DNA of 64,000 bases from Desulfomonilia bacterium. Its GTDB lineage: Bacteria > Desulfobacterota > Desulfomonilia > UBA1062. The notes below the pieces were generated by a model. It was not told the origin of the DNA. It saw only the letters and a list, made by a program, of their open reading frames with translations, and made no database searches. Location: contig JBEKDT010000002.1 of assembly GCA_050014195.1 (NCBI GenBank), positions 256,001 through 320,000 of the forward strand, written 5' to 3'. The translations under genes were made by a program, and so were the position numbers. Positions 58,636 through 64,000 of the stretch are shown piece after piece. Every line of letters starts with the position of its first letter. Within the stretch, counting starts at the first letter, position 1.

Positions 58636-59463
58636 ATCTTTCTTGAGATGGATGAGCATCTTATAGATCTCATTCCTGCTGATTCCGGTCTCCTGGGCAA
58701 GCACCTGAAGGACATCTCTCCCGGAATGACCTGTATTTATCAATGTGCGCATACGTTCTTCAAGGGAATCCTGTTCAATTGTGGTGTGATTCAATGTGCC
58801 CTTGACCAGTACTGTCAATTCACCCTTCATTTCACGGCCTGCAAGCCGGGGAATGATATCACCGGCAGCACCTATGATATATTCTTCATGAACCTTGGTG
58901 AGTTCTCTTGCCACACAGATTTCTCTGTCAGGCATGTACTTCATGATCCACTTCAATGTGGCCAAGAGTCTCCTGGGTGACTCATAGAAGATGGTGACAT
59001 CGGTTGTTGCGCACATTCTTGCAAGTTCTTTTTTCTTTTCATCTTTTTGTCTGGGGAAGAAACCCATGAAACGAAAAGGCGGCTCAAACCCTGTTGCTGA
59101 TAAAGCAGTGATAAGGGCACATGGTCCCGGCAAGGCCTCGACCCTGATGCCTCTTAAGCGGGCCTCAGCAACAAGCCTTGAACCCGGATCGGAAACGGCA
59201 GGGGTGCCAGCATCACTTAACAATGCAATATTCTTCCCCGATTCGACTTGATCAAGGATATACCCAGTCTTCCTCGCCTCACTGAACCGTTCGCAGGAAA
59301 TGAGGGGCTTGCTGATGCCGTAATGGGTCAGGAGCTTCTTCGTATGCCTCGTATCCTCACAGACAATTAAGTCCACTGCCTTTATGATATCGAGTGCTCT
59401 GAGGGTGATGTCCTTGAGATTGCCGATAGGTGTGGGGACCAGATAAAGAGTCGATTTTTCCAT
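58633..59463 (-). CDS. rsmI: 16S rRNA C1402 2'-O-methyltransferase
   Basis: LYLVPTPIGNLKDIT.RA, CEDTR, SDAGTPAVSDPG, YESPRR, RELTKVHEE. Confidence 0.97.
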   Translation of the reverse strand: MEKSTLYLVPTPIGNLKDITLRALDIIKAVDLIVCEDTRHTKKLLTHYGISKPLISCERFSEARKTGYILDQVESGKNIALLSDAGTPAVSDPGSRLVAEARLRGIRVEALPGPCALITALSATGFEPPFRFMGFFPRQKDEKKKELARMCATTDVTIFYESPRRLLATLKWIMKYMPDREICVARELTKVHEEYIIGAAGDIIPRLAGREMKGELTVLVKGTLNHTTIEQDSLEERMRTLINTGHSGRDVLQVLAQETGISRNEIYKMLIHLKKD

Positions 59464-59549
59464 GGAATTATAATACTTTCTCCCTTTTATCGAAGCCTGA
59501 CTTATGGTATATATGTTTTTTACCGTAAAGGGAAGAAAGAGGCCAGTCC

Positions 59550-61262
59550 ATGGAGTCACTCAAGCTCGGTGGGAAGCCGATCGACAAGATGATTGAGAGC
59601 ACTCCCGAATATATGAAGAAGCTCTTCATTATGCCCGAATCATCGGACAGGTTCGTGGAGTTCGGTATCCATCTTCTTGACCTTATTCATGATTTCTTCA
59701 GGGAAAAGGGCGGCATTCATTCTTCCGTATCCATGGAAGATCTCACGAAGATCTTCAACAACATCGAGATGCCTACACAGCCTCATCTCATCAAGGATGT
59801 ACTGGACGAAATCAAGAACAACATAATAAAGCACTCGGTTAAAGTGGCCAACCCTTACTACATAGGCCACATGACAAGCGCCATCCCTTATTTTATGATC
59901 CTGCTGGAAATGATTGCCGTGAGCCTGAATCAGAACCAGGTGAAGATAGAAAGTGCCAAGGCATCATCTTTCGTGGAAAGGGAGTTCCTCTGTTGGATTC
60001 ACCAACTCGTTTATAACAACACCACTGACTTCTATAACAAAAATATTCAGAATCCCAAGATAGCACTCGGGAATATCACTTCCGATGGTACGGTGGCCAA
60101 CCTCACCGCGCTGACCCTTGCCATGGCAAAGGCATTTCCGCCTGATAAAAAGGGGTTCAGAGGAGTCCGGGTTGAGGGGCTGGCCAGGGCACTGGATCAC
60201 TATGGCTACCGTCAGGCCCTCTTCTTTGTATCCAAGAGAGGCCACTATTCAATTTGCAAGGCAGGTACCATCGTCGGTATAGGCGAGCATGGGGTGATCC
60301 GCGTTCCTGTCCAACCCTGCATCAATAAGATTGATATCAACAAGCTTCAGTGCATTGTTGAGAAGATCAGGAAAGAAGACAAGGCTGTCGGGAAACCCAC
60401 AAAATTCGTGGCCATAATCGGGATCGCCGGTGCAACCGAGACAGGCAATATTGATGACCTTGAGGCACTGGCTGAAATCGCCAAACAGCTTGGGGCCCAT
60501 TTCCATGTGGATGCCGCATGGGGCGGTGGAGCACTGCTCATGGATGGTGCACGGGATATGATGATGGGTATCGAAAAGGCCGACTCGGTAACCATGGATG
60601 CCCACAAACTCCTTTATGCCCCGAACAGCTTGGGAATATGTGTGTTCAAGGATGTGGAGGATTCCAGGTATCTCTACCACACATCAAACTATATCATCCG
60701 GGAGGGCTCAGTAGACCAGGGAAGATTCACCATCGAAGGATCCAGGTCATTCTCATGTCTGAAGCCGTGGGCATCGATCAAGATCTTCGGGAGAGACGGA
60801 TACAAGCTCATCTTTGACCATGCCCGCGATCTCCAGAACACGTTTGTGGAATTCATCGAGCGCGACCAGCTCTTCGAGCTCATGAATAAACCCGAGCTTT
60901 TCATCATCAACTACCGGTTCGTTCCTGAAGAATTGAGATCCATGCTGAATGAGTTGATGAGAAATCCTAGAAAGAATTCCGATCATATCACCACGATCAA
61001 CAAGATCATCAATAATCTCAATATCGAACTCCATAAGACCATACGTGACCATGACATGTCTTTCGTATCACGCACTAGGCTCGAATCCACCAAATATGCC
61101 CCGAGACAGATCGTGGTGCTTAGGGCCATAACCATCAACCCGAACACCGAACGATATATGCTCAAACAAATACTTAATGAGCACAGGAGCATGGGCATCA
61201 GGCTATGGCGGGACATGAAGAGGGCTTGCTTGTACTCGAAAGAGCTTCTCAAGACCGCATAA
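59550..61262 (+). CDS. panP: PLP-dependent group II decarboxylase, PanP-type aspartate 1-decarboxylase
   Basis: YIGHMTSAIP, LNQNQVKIESAK, HVDAAWGG, DSVTMDAHK, GRFTIEGSR. Confidence 0.85.
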   Translation: MESLKLGGKPIDKMIESTPEYMKKLFIMPESSDRFVEFGIHLLDLIHDFFREKGGIHSSVSMEDLTKIFNNIEMPTQPHLIKDVLDEIKNNIIKHSVKVANPYYIGHMTSAIPYFMILLEMIAVSLNQNQVKIESAKASSFVEREFLCWIHQLVYNNTTDFYNKNIQNPKIALGNITSDGTVANLTALTLAMAKAFPPDKKGFRGVRVEGLARALDHYGYRQALFFVSKRGHYSICKAGTIVGIGEHGVIRVPVQPCINKIDINKLQCIVEKIRKEDKAVGKPTKFVAIIGIAGATETGNIDDLEALAEIAKQLGAHFHVDAAWGGGALLMDGARDMMMGIEKADSVTMDAHKLLYAPNSLGICVFKDVEDSRYLYHTSNYIIREGSVDQGRFTIEGSRSFSCLKPWASIKIFGRDGYKLIFDHARDLQNTFVEFIERDQLFELMNKPELFIINYRFVPEELRSMLNELMRNPRKNSDHITTINKIINNLNIELHKTIRDHDMSFVSRTRLESTKYAPRQIVVLRAITINPNTERYMLKQILNEHRSMGIRLWRDMKRACLYSKELLKTA

Positions 61263-61346
61263 TACCTTCTTTCAGACTTCTCATTCCCACATATTTTGAT
61301 GTGCGCTGATTGACAACCAGACCGGGCACTTATATCTATAATAGTC

Positions 61347-63227
61347 ATGATCCTTAATTGGCACGATTCATATAAAGCAAGACTAACCGATGCCCGTACA
61401 GCACTTTCCCGGATCAGGAGGGGGGCGCGGGTTTTCATCGGTTCAGCGTGCGGTGAGCCACAGCTCCTGGTCCAGACCCTCATCGATGTGGCTGAAAACC
61501 TCGCGGACACAGAGATCATTCACTTTCTGGACCTCGGTATCGCCCCCTACACCGATGAGAAGTTTGATGCAAACTTCCGCCACAACGCCCTGTTCATCGG
61601 GGCAAGCACCAGGGCAGCCATCAAGGAAGGCAGGGCAGACTACACGCCTATCTTCCTTTCCGAGATCCCCCTGCTCATGGAAAGGGGGAGCATGCACATC
61701 GATGTGGCGCTGATCACGGTGTCCTCTCCGGACAATAATGGCTATGTGAGCCTGGGGATCTCAGTGGACATTACCAAGACCGCAGCCGAGGTCGCCCAAT
61801 ACGTGGTGGCCGAAGTGAACCCGAACATGCCCCGCACGCTGGGCGACAGCTTTCTTCACGTAAGCGAGATCGATGCCTTCGTGGAGAACGATGTCCCCCT
61901 GCTGGAGTTCGTGCAGAAGGCACCCGGAGATATTGCCAAGGCAATCGGTGAAAATATTGCGGATCTTATCGAGAACGAATCAACCATCCAGACAGGTGTG
62001 GGAAAGATACCTAACTCAGTATTTCCCTACCTCATGAACAAGAGGGACTTGGGTATTCACACCGAGACATTCACCGAGGGGCTCATCGATCTTATCGAGG
62101 CGGGTGTTATCACCTGCAGGAAGAAGTCTTTGCATCCGGGAAAGATCGTCTCCGCCTTCTGTATGGGAACAAGACGGCTCTATGACTATGTGCACAACAA
62201 CCCACTCTTCGAGTTCAGACCGTGCAAGTATGTCAATGACCCCTATGTAATCGCCCGAAATGACAGGATGGTCTCCATCAATTCCGCGCTTACCGTGGAT
62301 CTTACCGGGCAGGTATGCTCCGATTCTTTAGGCTTTGAATTTTATAGCGGCATCGGCGGGCAGGTGGACTTTGTACGAGGTTCCGCCATGTCTAAGCGTG
62401 GCAAATCCATCATGGTGCTGCCATCCACTACTGATGATGGAAAAGTGTCCAGGATCGTACCATATCTCTCTGCCGGCAGTGGGGTGGTCGTCACCCGGGG
62501 AGACATCCATTATGTGGTCACGGAATACGGGGTTGCCTATGTGCATGGGAAATCCATACGGGATCGGGCCATGGTGCTGATTAATATTGCACATCCAAAA
62601 TTCCGCGAGGAGCTGCTGGAAGCGGCAAAAAAACAAGGTTATATTTACAAGGACCAGATCCTCCCGGTTGTACTCTATCCGAGAGAGTATGAAACCTACT
62701 GGACCGACAAGAAGGGGACCGAAATCTTCTTCCGCCCGGTAAAGGCCACGGATGAACGGGCCATCCAGGACAAGATGTATGCGCTGCCGGAGCAGGACAT
62801 CTATACCCGGTTTTTCCAGAACCTTAAATCATTCCCCCATAAGATTGCCATGCCGCTTTCTGCAATTGATTACAACGACAAGATGGCCATTGCCGCAGTC
62901 ACCGGGAAAGAGGAACCCGAGAGCAGGGAGCAGATCGTGGCTGTTGGCCATTACATACGTGAACCCCAGACCAACTATGCCGAGGTCGCCTTCACCACCC
63001 ACCAGGACTGGCAGAACAGGGGCATCGGAACGTTCCTCTTGCAATACCTTATCCGAATCGCCAAAGAGAAGAATATCAAAGGGTTCACTGCGGACGTCCT
63101 GGCACGGAACACCCCCATGATGAAGGTATTCTCCAAGGCCGGATACCCCCTTAAGACCCACCTGGAATATGGTGTATATGAACTCGAGATCCCCTTCACC
63201 GGTGAGGGGAGCAAGGACGAGCTTTAA
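61347..63227 (+). CDS. Acetyl-CoA hydrolase/4-hydroxybutyrate CoA-transferase fused to a GNAT domain
   Basis: GEP, EVNPNMPRTLGD, LGIHTE, SGIGGQVDF.RG, VVTEYG; GNAT AEVAF...WQNRGIGT. Confidence 0.92.
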   Translation: MILNWHDSYKARLTDARTALSRIRRGARVFIGSACGEPQLLVQTLIDVAENLADTEIIHFLDLGIAPYTDEKFDANFRHNALFIGASTRAAIKEGRADYTPIFLSEIPLLMERGSMHIDVALITVSSPDNNGYVSLGISVDITKTAAEVAQYVVAEVNPNMPRTLGDSFLHVSEIDAFVENDVPLLEFVQKAPGDIAKAIGENIADLIENESTIQTGVGKIPNSVFPYLMNKRDLGIHTETFTEGLIDLIEAGVITCRKKSLHPGKIVSAFCMGTRRLYDYVHNNPLFEFRPCKYVNDPYVIARNDRMVSINSALTVDLTGQVCSDSLGFEFYSGIGGQVDFVRGSAMSKRGKSIMVLPSTTDDGKVSRIVPYLSAGSGVVVTRGDIHYVVTEYGVAYVHGKSIRDRAMVLINIAHPKFREELLEAAKKQGYIYKDQILPVVLYPREYETYWTDKKGTEIFFRPVKATDERAIQDKMYALPEQDIYTRFFQNLKSFPHKIAMPLSAIDYNDKMAIAAVTGKEEPESREQIVAVGHYIREPQTNYAEVAFTTHQDWQNRGIGTFLLQYLIRIAKEKNIKGFTADVLARNTPMMKVFSKAGYPLKTHLEYGVYELEIPFTGEGSKDEL

Positions 63228-63265
63228 GGTTTAAGCACATTAAGACATGTGGTGCAGTGGAATAA

Positions 63266-64000
63266 TCAGATCGGTAGGACGATGGTAAAGGTGCTTCCCT
63301 TTCCCAAAGTACTGCTCACCGTGATTTCCCCTCTGTGGGAAACGGCAAATGCCTTAGCCAGAGTAAGACCAAGACCCACGCCATCCTCAGAACGACTCTT
63401 GTCGCATCTATAGAATCGTTTGAATATGTGAGGGAGATCTTCAAAAGAGATCCCGATCCCTGTATCTTTTATTTTGATCGCAACCATGTTGTTATCTTCC
63501 TTCATAGAAATAGATACTTCTCCACCTGATGGAGTGTATTTTAAGGCATTGTCCAGGAGGTTTGCAATTATTCGCTGGATTTTATGGATATCGCCTCTTA
63601 TATGGCATGTTTCAGGAATGTCTATTATGAATTTAAGGTTTTTATCTTCTGCAAGAGGATGGAAAAGCTCATATGCCTTCCGAACAACTTCTGTAATATC
63701 AATTTGCTCCATGTGCAGCTTTGTCGCACCTGCCTCGGCTTCTGAAACATCAAGAATCGTATTGATCATTTGCATGAGATGATCGCATTCTTCCAAAATC
63801 CGGGCAGTAGAAGCATCATGGTGATTGTCACGATTTCCCGTGTATAAGTTATTCTCTGCTATGACTCGAATTCGTGCTATGGGTTTTTTCAGATCATGGG
63901 CAATGTCGTCCATTATGTTTCTGATACCGGTAACCAGGGCATTAATGCGATCCAGCATGTAATTAAAGGTGCTGGCAAGTCGTGTTATCTCGTCGGCCCC
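63266..64000 (-). CDS. HAMP-containing sensor histidine kinase (5' end outside the window)
   Basis: DEITRLASTFN.MLDRI, DIAHDLK.P, NLLDNALKYT, DTGIGI, GVGLGL. Confidence 0.93.
   Translation of the reverse strand, partial: GADEITRLASTFNYMLDRINALVTGIRNIMDDIAHDLKKPIARIRVIAENNLYTGNRDNHHDASTARILEECDHLMQMINTILDVSEAEAGATKLHMEQIDITEVVRKAYELFHPLAEDKNLKFIIDIPETCHIRGDIHKIQRIIANLLDNALKYTPSGGEVSISMKEDNNMVAIKIKDTGIGISFEDLPHIFKRFYRCDKSRSEDGVGLGLTLAKAFAVSHRGEITVSSTLGKGSTFTIVLPI

Overview
Bacterial chromosome segment whose gene content suggests an anaerobic Deltaproteobacteria/Desulfobacterota-like organism (inferred, not proven). Core genes occupy both ends. The left end has rpsB-tsf-pyrH-frr. The right part has ferredoxin, IHF, a MarR-controlled 2-hydroxyacyl-CoA dehydratase-family operon, murI-fusA2-gspC/A/TPR/D/E-radA, a tviB-like-yfcE-HIT-lapA-lipA-hom-apgM operon, two HDOD genes, rsmI, panP, a CoA-transferase/GNAT fusion and a partial histidine kinase. 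Between them (~6.3-31 kb) lies a mosaic accessory region with no intact integrase or transposase. It contains: (i) a solitary attC-like site next to a 948-aa metallophosphoesterase-P-loop NTPase defence candidate; (ii) a gene bracketed by 59-bp direct repeats; (iii) a ~12-kb block bracketed by identical 247-bp copies of the 3' end of a flavin reductase gene, encoding a secreted ~2590-aa teneurin-like YD/Rhs toxin, two orphan C-terminal toxin modules and three membrane immunity genes; (iv) a GT2 + GT-C glycosylation pair between inverted TGGCAC-N3-ATCTTC motifs; (v) a VOC/lipoprotein + HD-GYP block between ~237-bp non-coding direct repeats. No CRISPR array, tRNA or rRNA was seen. All alignments were done by eye and no database search was run.
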